Positions 27,048 to 36,097 of a stretch of 64,000 nt of DNA are shown here, piece after piece. Both the position numbers and the translations under genes were made by a program. Source of the stretch: Candidatus Shapirobacteria bacterium (lineage in GTDB: Bacteria > Patescibacteriota > Microgenomatia > UBA12405); assembly GCA_017991615.1 (NCBI GenBank), contig JAGOQF010000003.1, positions 285-64,284 on the forward strand, written 5' to 3'. Under the pieces are notes generated by a model. The model ran no database searches. It was not told the DNA's origin and worked only from the letters and a program-made list of their open reading frames with translations. Within the stretch, counting starts at the first letter, position 1, and each line of letters opens with the position of its first letter.

Positions 27048-28871
27048 ATGAACGCTCGTCAGCTCAAAGAAAAATTTGTCGACTTTTTTGTTGCCCGTGA
27101 TCATGTTGAAATTCCCTCCAGTAATCTTGTTCCCGAAAATGACCCGACTACTTTATTTATTTCTGCCGGTATGCATCCTTTGGTGCCCTACCTTTTAGGT
27201 CAACCACATCATTTAGGTAAACGGCTTACCAGTGTTCAAAAATGCATTCGTACCGGTGATATCGATGAGGTTGGTGATAAGTTTCATCACACTTTTTTTG
27301 AAATGTTGGGTAATTGGTCTCTGGGTGATTATTTCAAAAAAGACATGATTCCTTGGAGTTTTGAATTCTTAACTAAACATTTGGGTTATCAAGTTGATCA
27401 AATTCATGTCACTTGCTTTGAAGGTGATAAAAATGCTCCCCGCGATACCGAATCTCATGATTTATGGTTAGCTCAAGGTATTTCCAAATCTCATATCCAT
27501 TATTTACCCAAAAAAGATAATTGGTGGGGCCCTGCTGGTGCTACCGGTCCTTGTGGTCCCGATACCGAGATGTTTGTTGATCTTGATGTTAAAGCCGGAC
27601 CAATTGATTTTGTTGACGGTTGCAAATCCGAGCGGATTGTTGAAATTGGTAACGATGTTTTTATGGAATACAATCTGACTGCTTCCGGTAAATACCAACC
27701 TTTATCTCAAAAAAACGTCGACACTGGTTACGGCGTCGAACGTAATATCGCTGTTATCAACGGTTTTACCGATAATTACCTTACCGACATTTGGCAGCCG
27801 ATTATAAAAACTGTCGAAAATATTTGCGGTCAAAAATATGGTCAATCGGATGAAGTTACCCGATCTTTAAGAATTATTGTCGATCATCTCAAAGCCGCTG
27901 TTTTTATTCTTGCCGACGGAGTTGAGCCCAGTAACAAAGAAGCTGGTTATGTTCTTCGCCGTCTTATTCGCCGAGCTATCCGTCGTGGCAAGATGTTGGG
28001 TATCGAAACCAATTTTATTTCTCAAGTAGCCCTGTCAGTTCTTCAAAACCAAGACAATTATGCCGGTATTTATCCTGAACTTAATCTTCACCACGACAAA
28101 ATTTTATCTGTTTTAGATTTTGAAGAAAATAAATTTCGTAAAACTCTCAATCGGGGACTGGCTGAGCTTCAAAAAGATGAATCTAATTTTCGTCAAAACC
28201 ATCCTGATACTAAATCAGTCGACAAAAAATATCTCGGTGATAAGTCTTTTTATTATTACGAAAGTTTTGGTTTTCCATTCGAAATGTTTTATGAAGAATC
28301 AACTCTTGCCAAAGCTTTTCCCAAAGAAGAGGTTTACAAATATTTCCAAAAATCCCAACAAGATCATATCAATCAATCCCGCAACCTTTCTGCCGGTAAA
28401 TTTAAATCTGGTTTAGCCGATCACTCCGCCATTATTGTTAAATATCATACCGCCGCTCATTTGATGCACGCTTCCCTTCGTCGAGTTTTAGGTAACCATA
28501 TTCATCAAGCTGGTTCCAATATTACCGCCGACAGAATTCGTTTTGATTTCACTCACCCTGAAAAGATTACTTCCGATCAAATCCAACAAGTTGAGACCTT
28601 AGTTAATGATCAGATCAAAGCCGCTCTACCAGTAACTCATCAAATTATTCCATTTAATGAGGCCAAATCCCAAGGAGCTCTTTTTCTTGCCGGTCATACC
28701 TACCCGGAAATGGTCACTGTTTATACTGTTGGTAATCCTGATAATTTTTATTCCAAAGAAATTTGTACCGGCCCTCATGTTGACAACACCAATCAACTAA
28801 CCGAATTTAAAATCCTCAAAGAAGAATCCGCCGGCTCTGGCAAACGCCGTCTTTACGCTGTCCTTCGATAA
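27048..28871 (+). CDS. alaS: Alanyl-tRNA synthetase, short form lacking the C-terminal C-Ala domain.
   Basis: Class II AlaRS catalytic core (FTNAGM-like SAGMHPLVP, GDYFK). Editing-domain HxxxH (HTAAHLMHASL) and CTGPHV are present. The protein is 607 aa versus about 870 aa typical. Confidence 0.85.
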   Translation: MNARQLKEKFVDFFVARDHVEIPSSNLVPENDPTTLFISAGMHPLVPYLLGQPHHLGKRLTSVQKCIRTGDIDEVGDKFHHTFFEMLGNWSLGDYFKKDMIPWSFEFLTKHLGYQVDQIHVTCFEGDKNAPRDTESHDLWLAQGISKSHIHYLPKKDNWWGPAGATGPCGPDTEMFVDLDVKAGPIDFVDGCKSERIVEIGNDVFMEYNLTASGKYQPLSQKNVDTGYGVERNIAVINGFTDNYLTDIWQPIIKTVENICGQKYGQSDEVTRSLRIIVDHLKAAVFILADGVEPSNKEAGYVLRRLIRRAIRRGKMLGIETNFISQVALSVLQNQDNYAGIYPELNLHHDKILSVLDFEENKFRKTLNRGLAELQKDESNFRQNHPDTKSVDKKYLGDKSFYYYESFGFPFEMFYEESTLAKAFPKEEVYKYFQKSQQDHINQSRNLSAGKFKSGLADHSAIIVKYHTAAHLMHASLRRVLGNHIHQAGSNITADRIRFDFTHPEKITSDQIQQVETLVNDQIKAALPVTHQIIPFNEAKSQGALFLAGHTYPEMVTVYTVGNPDNFYSKEICTGPHVDNTNQLTEFKILKEESAGSGKRRLYAVLR

Positions 28872-28903
28872 CTAAAGATTCAGATTTATAGTATCCTTAT
28901 AAT

Positions 28904-31108
28904 ATGGAAGGGAACAGTTTTTGGTTGATATATATTCAAAACGATCAGGTTTCCGTTTCTCTTGTTTCCGCTTTCGACAACAAGTATCGAATTTTAGCCA
29001 CTGGGCCTAATCAAGGCTGGAACATTGATAATCCCGAAACTTTAACTACCGCTATTGATGAATCTTTATCAGCCGCCTCGCTTAACGCTAATATTACCGA
29101 AGAACAGGAACCGGGTTCAGCCGCTATTGTTGTTCCCCCTTTTTGGGTCAGTAACGACAGTAAAATTCTTCCCACCAAAATCAAAATTATCAAAGATGCT
29201 TGCAAAAGTCTTTCACTTACCCCTACTGGCTTTTTAGCCGAAGATGATGCCATTGTTGAAGATGCTAATCAATTAGACGGTTTTCCTGCCAGCTTTATTT
29301 TACTCCATCTTTCCGATAAAGATTTTTATCTCTCTTTAGTTTATCTCGGCCATATCAAAGAGAGAATCAAAAAAAATCTCACTCAAGAATTTACCAGTCA
29401 AGATTTGGAATCAGCCTTGTTAGAAATCAATTCCGAGTCAGCCTTGCCTCCGCAAATCCTTGTTTTTGGTCAGTTTGATGCCCGAATTCTCAGTTCTCTC
29501 AAAAATTATCCTTGGGTTGGCAAAAAAAATATCGAAACTTTTTTACATCTTCCTGAGATTAAGTCTTATGATCAGGATCAGGTCATCGATATTTTCACCC
29601 GAGTCATTTCCAGTCAATTAGATCCTTCCACCTTGTCCAAAACCATCCCCGACACTGATGAGTCCCAACTCTCTTCTCCTGCCGAAAATTCCGAAGTTTC
29701 AAATCCGCCACTTGAGCCAGAAACCGACCCAGATCAGGAAATCACTCCTCCTGCCCAAAAACTGACTCTTATCGAAACTGACCCTCAAGATCTTGGCTTT
29801 AGTTCATCTGAAACTCATCCTACTCCTGTCTTACCCATTATTACTCCTGCTGACATTCCCGCCCAAGTCAACCAAACTCCTGATCCTTTGTCGGTTCCAA
29901 CGCCAACAGATCCCACCCCTAAAAGACCAAAATTTTCCTTCACTTTCTTTAAAAAAATCAAATTACCCCAGTTTAAATTCAATAAAAACTTTCTTTGGTT
30001 AGGCTTGATATTTATTCCTATTTTAGCGGTTTTACCTTTTTTTCTTATCAAAACTAAAATTACTCTTTTTGTTATCCCTTATAAGTTTAATAAATCTCTT
30101 CCAGTTACTCTCAAAGTCGACGCCACTGAAAGCGATATTTCTAATTCCGTTATCCCTATTAACAAAGAAATTTTTGATATCAAAGCTGAAGTTAGTCTCA
30201 AAACCACCGGTCAAAAAACCGTCGGTGATAAATCCCAAGGCGAAATTACTATCTTTAATAAACTTGACAAACCCCAAAGTTTACCAAAAGGTTCCGTTCT
30301 TATTGATTCTGATGGCAAAAAATTTGAGCTTACCACTGCTGTTTCTGTTGCCGCCAGCAGTTCCAATCTTGAAGAAGGAGTTATTAAATTGGGTCAAATC
30401 AAAACTGTCGCCATAGCTTTGGATATCGGTTCAGAATACAATATTGTTGCTGGTTCCCAACTAAAGTTTAAAGATTTCCCCGAAACCGATTTGATCGCCA
30501 AGACAGAATCTGCCTTTTCTGGTGGCAGTCGCCAACAAATCGCCGCTGTCAGCCTTGAGGATAAGACCACCATCCAATCCCGTATCAACGAAGAAATTTC
30601 CAAAAAAGTTGAAGAAAAGATTAACCAAACTACTGGCAGTATCTCTGGTATTATCAAAGAAACCATTCAAACCAAAAAAGATAATTTAGAGCTTAGTCGA
30701 GAAGTCGGTGAAGCTGCTGAAAATCTCACCGCCACCATTACTGCCTCAGTCAGTGTTTTTGTTCTGGAGGATAACATCAAAGATAGTCTTATTCGTCAAT
30801 TTTTAGCCTCTGAAACTGATTTTTCCAACAGTCTTTTTGACTCTAAAGACTATACTTTTTCTCTCAAAGTTAATAAAATTGAAACTAATCAAGCTTCTGG
30901 CAATCTTACCGTCTCCGGTCAATCATTGCCAAAAGTTGATCAGTTAAATCTCAAAAAAGCTCTGACCTTCAAAACTGTCAAAGGTGCTGAAACAGTCATC
31001 AAAAAAATCGTTCCTCGAGCTTATAATTTTAATATTAACACTAAACTGCCCCTTATCTCCTTTACCCCCAATCATATCAATATTGAAGTTAAAACCGAGA
31101 CCAAGTGA
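28904..31108 (+). CDS. Large bitopic membrane protein, hypothetical. It has a cytoplasmic N-domain, a Pro-rich linker, one TM segment and a large extracytoplasmic C-domain.
   Basis: The TM segment LWLGLIFIPILAVLPFFLI lies mid-protein. The PT/PE-rich linker is at residues 250-330. The stop overlaps the sortase start as ATGA. Confidence 0.5.
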   Translation: MEGNSFWLIYIQNDQVSVSLVSAFDNKYRILATGPNQGWNIDNPETLTTAIDESLSAASLNANITEEQEPGSAAIVVPPFWVSNDSKILPTKIKIIKDACKSLSLTPTGFLAEDDAIVEDANQLDGFPASFILLHLSDKDFYLSLVYLGHIKERIKKNLTQEFTSQDLESALLEINSESALPPQILVFGQFDARILSSLKNYPWVGKKNIETFLHLPEIKSYDQDQVIDIFTRVISSQLDPSTLSKTIPDTDESQLSSPAENSEVSNPPLEPETDPDQEITPPAQKLTLIETDPQDLGFSSSETHPTPVLPIITPADIPAQVNQTPDPLSVPTPTDPTPKRPKFSFTFFKKIKLPQFKFNKNFLWLGLIFIPILAVLPFFLIKTKITLFVIPYKFNKSLPVTLKVDATESDISNSVIPINKEIFDIKAEVSLKTTGQKTVGDKSQGEITIFNKLDKPQSLPKGSVLIDSDGKKFELTTAVSVAASSSNLEEGVIKLGQIKTVAIALDIGSEYNIVAGSQLKFKDFPETDLIAKTESAFSGGSRQQIAAVSLEDKTTIQSRINEEISKKVEEKINQTTGSISGIIKETIQTKKDNLELSREVGEAAENLTATITASVSVFVLEDNIKDSLIRQFLASETDFSNSLFDSKDYTFSLKVNKIETNQASGNLTVSGQSLPKVDQLNLKKALTFKTVKGAETVIKKIVPRAYNFNINTKLPLISFTPNHINIEVKTETK

Positions 31109-31824
31109 GTTATATTTATCTTAAAAAAAAGTCCAAAGCCGTCCCTGCTAAAATCAAACGTCGTCGTCTTCTCGCCGCTGGCTTTGTTTTTTTAGGTCTT
31201 ACTTTTTTAAGTCTGGCCGTTTTTCCAATTGTTAAATTCCAACTTTCTTATTCCACCCGCCTCAAACAAATTATTGACCCACTATCAGCCGAATCCTATG
31301 ATCAACCCTCTATTCTAGGTCAATCCGCCACTGACTATACTCAACTATCTAATTGGTTTATTAATTCCCCTGAGCTACCCAATCTAAGTTCCCAAACCAT
31401 TGATACTTCAATTAGCAGTTACTATCTCACCATCCCCAAGCTTAAAATCAATCGAGCTTTAGTTACTTTGGGTAGCATGGATTTGGAAAAAAGTTTAATT
31501 CACTATCCTCAAACGGCTCTTCCAGGGCATTTTGGCAATACCGTTATTTTTGGTCACTCGGTTTTACCTCAATTTTTCAGTCCCAAAAACTATCTCACCA
31601 TCTTTTCCACTCTTTTCAAATTAAATCAAGGTGATGAAATTATTTTAGAGTATGACAAATCTACTTATAAATATATTGTTGAAGAAATGTTTGAAGTCAA
31701 ACCTACCAACCTTTCTGTTTTGGATCAAAGATTTGATGATAAAACCTTAACTCTTATCACTTGTAGCCCTCCTGGCACCTATCTCCGCCGCCTTATAATT
31801 AAAGCCAGTTTGGGAAATAATTAA
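31105..31824 (+). CDS. Sortase-family transpeptidase.
   Basis: N-terminal TM anchor. The catalytic His is in VIFGHSV, the Cys in TLITCSPPG (TLxTC), and the Arg in RRLIIK. Confidence 0.8.
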   Translation: MSYIYLKKKSKAVPAKIKRRRLLAAGFVFLGLTFLSLAVFPIVKFQLSYSTRLKQIIDPLSAESYDQPSILGQSATDYTQLSNWFINSPELPNLSSQTIDTSISSYYLTIPKLKINRALVTLGSMDLEKSLIHYPQTALPGHFGNTVIFGHSVLPQFFSPKNYLTIFSTLFKLNQGDEIILEYDKSTYKYIVEEMFEVKPTNLSVLDQRFDDKTLTLITCSPPGTYLRRLIIKASLGNN

Positions 31825-31826
31825 AA

Positions 31827-32090
31827 CTATTCTTTGGAATATTTCTTATAAAAATTCTCCACCTCTTCTAGATACATAGAAATGTTATCAAACACCGCCG
31901 GAGCTCTGACTGCAAAATTTAATTCACTAGCCATTAGTGTGGCTTGAAATAAATCTGATTTAGGATATTTCTTACCTGCTTCATGAAAAAATCGTCCACT
32001 AAAAGACGAAAACTCATCTAAAGTAATATCTTGATTCTTAAACTCTTTTATTTTTTTAATAAAAATTTTATTTGCCTCTTTTTCTGTCAT
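31827..32090 (-). CDS. Hypothetical small cytoplasmic protein.
   Basis: 87-aa ORF convergent with the sortase gene. No recognisable motif. Confidence 0.35.
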   Translation of the reverse strand: MTEKEANKIFIKKIKEFKNQDITLDEFSSFSGRFFHEAGKKYPKSDLFQATLMASELNFAVRAPAVFDNISMYLEEVENFYKKYSKE

Positions 32091-32338
32091 AATTATTTAT
32101 AACCAAATTTTTAAAATTAGTCATTGGAAGTTTAATTTTTAAAATTATACTTAGTCTCCTTTACTTTATTTTACAAACCCTCTATTTCCATTAACAAGGA
32201 GACTTAATTAGAAGATAAGAAAAGTTCCTTGTCAAAGGGAAAACTCTCCTATATCTACGGGAGAAAGGGGATTTAAGAATTTAATTTTTTATCATTTGTC
32301 ATTCGTAATTAGTAATTAGAAATTATATAATTACTCCT

Positions 32339-32710
32339 ATGAATTCTCTTGCCATTGACTATGGCACTAAAAGAATCGGTATTGCCATTTCTATTCAGGG
32401 AGTCATTCAACCACTGACTACTCTCAAAAATTCACCTCAGTTTTTTGAAAAACTACAACAAATCATCTCTGATTACAAAATTGACCAAATTTATGTCGGT
32501 ATTTCTCAGGGAGCTATTGCCACTCAAACTAAAAAATTTGTCAATCAGCTTCAAAATATGCTAACATTACCCATTAGCACGGTTGAAGAAGCCGTCAGCA
32601 CTGTCGAAGCTGACAACATCTTTACTGCCAATAAAAAGCATCGTAAAGATTATCAAAAAACCATCGATGCTATCGCCGCTGCTGTTATTCTCAAAAGAGT
32701 TATAAGTTAA
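32339..32710 (+). CDS. ruvX: Holliday-junction-resolvase-like / pre-16S rRNA nuclease YqgF (RuvX).
   Basis: LAIDYGTKRIGIAIS is the YqgF N-terminus with the catalytic Asp. Confidence 0.8.
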   Translation: MNSLAIDYGTKRIGIAISIQGVIQPLTTLKNSPQFFEKLQQIISDYKIDQIYVGISQGAIATQTKKFVNQLQNMLTLPISTVEEAVSTVEADNIFTANKKHRKDYQKTIDAIAAAVILKRVIS

Positions 32711-32717
32711 CAAAATT

Positions 32718-32915
32718 ATGATTAAAGATCTTATTGCCCCCATTCAAGCCTGGTTATTATCTCAAAAAAGATGTGTTGGTTGCGGCACTGCTCTTTCGAA
32801 AGGCACCCGTAAACCAGTTCGAGGTCAAATTACTGTCACTTGCCGTTGTGGTCGTATTTTTATTTACGATGAGTCCAAAAAGACTTACCGTCGCGCCCTG
32901 TTTGACGAAATTTAA
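32718..32915 (+). CDS. Small zinc-ribbon protein, hypothetical.
   Basis: CVGCG...CRCGRIF is a four-Cys zinc ribbon. Length is 65 aa. Confidence 0.45.
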   Translation: MIKDLIAPIQAWLLSQKRCVGCGTALSKGTRKPVRGQITVTCRCGRIFIYDESKKTYRRALFDEI

Positions 32916-32920
32916 TCCTG

Positions 32921-33889
32921 ATGAAAAAAATTCTCCTTATTGCCGGTGGCATTGTTCTGGTCTTAATTTTAATTCTCGGATTTTATATCAGCCTAGGTCT
33001 AGCCCCAGTTTCATCTGAAACCAAAACCACTAATTTTGTTATCAAAAAAGGCGAGGGGATTGCTGATGTCGCCCAAAAGCTCCAAGATAACCATCTGATT
33101 AAAAACAAATATTCTTTTATTGCTTATGCCGTGATCACCGGTCAAAACAAAAAAATTCCCTCCGGCACTTTTCGCCTTTCACCCTCATTATCAGTTAAAG
33201 AAATTTTTATCAATTTTGCCAGTGGCGGTATCTCTGATTATTGGCTAAAAATTATCGATGGTTTTCGTGTTGAAGAGATTGCTCCTCTTTTTCCTGAAGG
33301 GTTATCTTTCAGTCAAGCTGATTTTCTTAATCAAGCCAAAACCAAAGAAGGTTCTCTTTTTCCCGACAGTTATCTTATTCCTAAATATTACAACCTTGAC
33401 CAGGTTTTAGATTTTTTCAATCAAAATTTTATTAAAAAAATTTCTCAAGCCAAGTCTGGCAGTCAAACCACTCTTTCAGACGAAGACAATCTAATTTTAG
33501 CCTCTCTTATCGAACGGGAAGGTCGGTCTCTTGAAGCCAAAAAAATGATCGCCGGCATTCTTCTAAACCGATTGCGTCTTAATATGCCTCTTCAAGTTGA
33601 TGCCTCAGTTCAATATGCTCGCGACAGCCAAAGTCAAAATTTAACCAAATATTGGCAACTTGTTAGTCGCGATGAAATCAAACAAATTAATTCTAAATAC
33701 AATACCTATCTTTACCCTCATCTCCCGCCTGGACCTATTTGCAATCCCGGTTATGACTCTATCTATGCCGCTTACCATCCCACTGATTCTGATTATTTTT
33801 ACTACATTACCGGCAATGACCACAAAATGCACTACGCCAAAACTCTAGACGAACACAACCAAAACATTGCCAAATACTTAAAGAAATAA
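32921..33889 (+). CDS. mltG: Endolytic murein transglycosylase MltG (YceG family).
   Basis: N-terminal TM segment and YceG-like domain (FVIKKGEGIADVAQKL, the LASLIEREGRS-like region, NTYLYPHLPPGPICNPG). Confidence 0.8.
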   Translation: MKKILLIAGGIVLVLILILGFYISLGLAPVSSETKTTNFVIKKGEGIADVAQKLQDNHLIKNKYSFIAYAVITGQNKKIPSGTFRLSPSLSVKEIFINFASGGISDYWLKIIDGFRVEEIAPLFPEGLSFSQADFLNQAKTKEGSLFPDSYLIPKYYNLDQVLDFFNQNFIKKISQAKSGSQTTLSDEDNLILASLIEREGRSLEAKKMIAGILLNRLRLNMPLQVDASVQYARDSQSQNLTKYWQLVSRDEIKQINSKYNTYLYPHLPPGPICNPGYDSIYAAYHPTDSDYFYYITGNDHKMHYAKTLDEHNQNIAKYLKK

Positions 33890-34044
33890 ATTTTGTTTTA
33901 AAAATATTTTTAAAACAAAACAAAATTAAAAATAAAAACATTAAACATAAAACCTAGTAAACTTTGTTCAAACAAGTTACTAGTTGATATTGAATAAATT
34001 TATAATATTATCCTGGTAACGCTTACATATTCATAATATAAATT

Positions 34045-34383
34045 GTGAAAATTAGTGATATTCAAAAATGGGAGAGAGATTTTTCCTTAAGAAAAGGTAT
34101 TGCTCAGGATGAGGAAAAATCACTTAAAATAGCCACATTAAAGTTGTCTGAAGAAGTGGGTGAAGTTTGTAAAGCAATCTTAGAAAAAAAATGGGAAGAA
34201 GTTCCTGCTGAAATAACAGATGTGATTGTTTTTGCTTGTAAAATTGCTAATATTGCAGAGGATTTCCATAATACTAAAAAATTAGAAAAAGTCTTAAAGA
34301 AAAAGTTGGAATATAGCGAAACAAGGAAATATAACCCCCAAATTAACAAAATGAATAAACCCCCTAATAAAGATTTCAAATGA
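34045..34383 (+). CDS. MazG-like all-alpha NTP pyrophosphohydrolase domain protein.
   Basis: GTG start. LKLSEEVGEVCKAILEKKWEE...DVIVFACKIANI resembles the MazG/dCTPase EExxE core. The gene is low-GC, and its AGA/ATA codon usage is atypical for this window. Confidence 0.5.
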   Translation: MKISDIQKWERDFSLRKGIAQDEEKSLKIATLKLSEEVGEVCKAILEKKWEEVPAEITDVIVFACKIANIAEDFHNTKKLEKVLKKKLEYSETRKYNPQINKMNKPPNKDFK

Positions 34384-34397
34384 TAAAAAAAGAATTT

Positions 34398-34453
34398 AAA
34401 CTAGTTAAACAAAAAACAAAGTTCTGTTGATGAAAACTTACCCTAACTAGTTT
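34398..34453. terminator. Bidirectional terminator-like inverted repeat AAACTAGTTA...TAACTAGTTT between convergent genes.
   Basis: Perfect 10-bp arms with a 36-nt loop. T-runs follow on both strands. Confidence 0.4.
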
Positions 34454-34467
34454 ATTAATATTTTTAT

Positions 34468-35547
34468 TTAAAACAAACAATTTTTATTAATCATTTCATT
34501 CAGTCTTACCCATCTTTCTTTTTTGATTTTCATCGGCACGTCGTCAGGGTATAGTTTTTCACTCACCGTTCCCGGTCGGGGAGAGTATTTGTTCAAATAA
34601 GCTATCTCAAAGCCAACTTTTTGACAAACATCTACCGTCTCTTCAAATGCCTTATCATCTTCCCCGGGGAAACCGATAATAATATCAGTACTAAATCTAA
34701 CTTCGTTCACTTTAGACTTGATTTTTTTTACCAAATCCAAATATTCTTGTTTGGTATAGTTTCGGTTCATTTTTTGCAAAATCTTATTATCTCCTGATTG
34801 AAACGGTAAGTGAATCAATCGGTCAATATTTTTGTATTTAGCTATAACTTCAATTAAATCATCCGAAAAATCCCAGGGATTATTACTTACAAATGAGACT
34901 TGATCTACTTGTTTTTCTGCCACTTCTGCCAGTAAATTGGGAAACAGACTTTTAAATCTTTTTTTGCCCATCGACACAAAACCACAACCGCTTAAATCCG
35001 ATCCATACGAATTAACATTTTGCCCAATGAGTAAAATTTTTTTATCACCATTTCTAATTGCCTTATCCACATCCGCTAAAATTTCTCCCATTGGCCGAGA
35101 AATCTCTCTCCCTTTAGCCTGAGGCACAATACAATAAGAACACATATTGTTACAACCATAACTGATCGGCACCAATACTACTCCATTAAATTTTTTGATC
35201 GGTTCTGTATTTATGACATATTTATCAAGCGGTTTAAATTCCACTCCCGGAAAATTTTTTTTCGTTTCCATTTTTTTCTTATTATTCTTGTTCATTACTC
35301 CTACCAAACAGCCGGTAACTACCACCTTTTTTTCAAATTTTTGTACGTTTCTTAAAAATCCATAAGCCCGGTTTTCAGCTGATTGTCGGATAACACAGGT
35401 ATTAATCACCACCTCATCAGCTTCTTTCCAGTTTTTAACCTCTTCCCAACCATTTTCCCAATAATACGCTTTAATTCTTTCCGAATCAGACGTATTTTGA
35501 ATACAACCAAAAGTTTTAACAAAAAATTTCACCCTTGATTTTACCAA
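34468..35547 (-). CDS. MiaB/RimO-family radical-SAM methylthiotransferase (short, apparently without the TRAM domain).
   Basis: FVKTFGCIQN (MTTase N-domain). The radical SAM motif is CNNMCSYC (CxxxCxxC). Length is 359 aa. Confidence 0.8.
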   Translation of the reverse strand: MVKSRVKFFVKTFGCIQNTSDSERIKAYYWENGWEEVKNWKEADEVVINTCVIRQSAENRAYGFLRNVQKFEKKVVVTGCLVGVMNKNNKKKMETKKNFPGVEFKPLDKYVINTEPIKKFNGVVLVPISYGCNNMCSYCIVPQAKGREISRPMGEILADVDKAIRNGDKKILLIGQNVNSYGSDLSGCGFVSMGKKRFKSLFPNLLAEVAEKQVDQVSFVSNNPWDFSDDLIEVIAKYKNIDRLIHLPFQSGDNKILQKMNRNYTKQEYLDLVKKIKSKVNEVRFSTDIIIGFPGEDDKAFEETVDVCQKVGFEIAYLNKYSPRPGTVSEKLYPDDVPMKIKKERWVRLNEMINKNCLF

Positions 35548-35553
35548 ATCAGC

Positions 35554-36030
35554 TTATTTGATTATTTTCTTGGCCGCCATCAATAATCCCGATCCTAAAG
35601 TTGACAAAACTATCGTTGGCATTATCACTCCCACTGTCGGTAAGGTAGTTGCCCCCGCTTCGGCGTTCACCGCTTCCCAGTTTACATTTTCTGCTCCAGT
35701 CGTTAGAGTGAAATTTATTGTCGATCCATTGTTGGAAATAATTACTGTATGATCACCTCCAGCCAACGCCCCAGCTGCATAAGACCAATTATTACTATCA
35801 TTACTAATTGCCGTTCCTTCGTTATCGTCAACACTCACTGTCACCGTACTACCTGCTGGCGCTTCGCCATTAAAAACTACGTTTGTTCCAGAATACCACC
35901 AGTGTGAAATCTGCCGTCCATCGGTATTTACCGGCCCGATTGATTTCAAATTAAAACCGCTGGCCAAAACTTTACTATTAAACATCACCATCAACCCTAA
36001 AAAACACAAAAGCATCAACACTCTTTTCAT
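35554..36030 (-). CDS. Secreted surface protein with a signal peptide and a C-terminal cell-wall-sorting-signal-like tail (LPTVG, hydrophobic stretch, KKIIK).
   Basis: The signal peptide is MKRVLMLLCFLGLMVMFNSKVLASG. The C-terminus reads TTLPTVGVIMPTIVLSTLGSGLLMAAKKIIK. A sortase gene lies 3.7 kb away. Confidence 0.5.
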   Translation of the reverse strand: MKRVLMLLCFLGLMVMFNSKVLASGFNLKSIGPVNTDGRQISHWWYSGTNVVFNGEAPAGSTVTVSVDDNEGTAISNDSNNWSYAAGALAGGDHTVIISNNGSTINFTLTTGAENVNWEAVNAEAGATTLPTVGVIMPTIVLSTLGSGLLMAAKKIIK

Positions 36031-36097
36031 ACTAACTAAATACTAAAACTATTATTTTAAATTTGCAACTTTTTTAAATAAATGAGAATATTATTCT

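Noticed and set aside
32091-32338. Spacer tested as SRP RNA, RNase P RNA, tmRNA or a tRNA.
   Set aside because: None of the diagnostic motifs is present: GGAAGGAAGCAGC for SRP, GGAAAGUCCGG and AGGGUGAAA for RNase P, and the tRNA-like GGUUCGAAUCC T-loop for tmRNA. It is kept only as an unexplained structured spacer.
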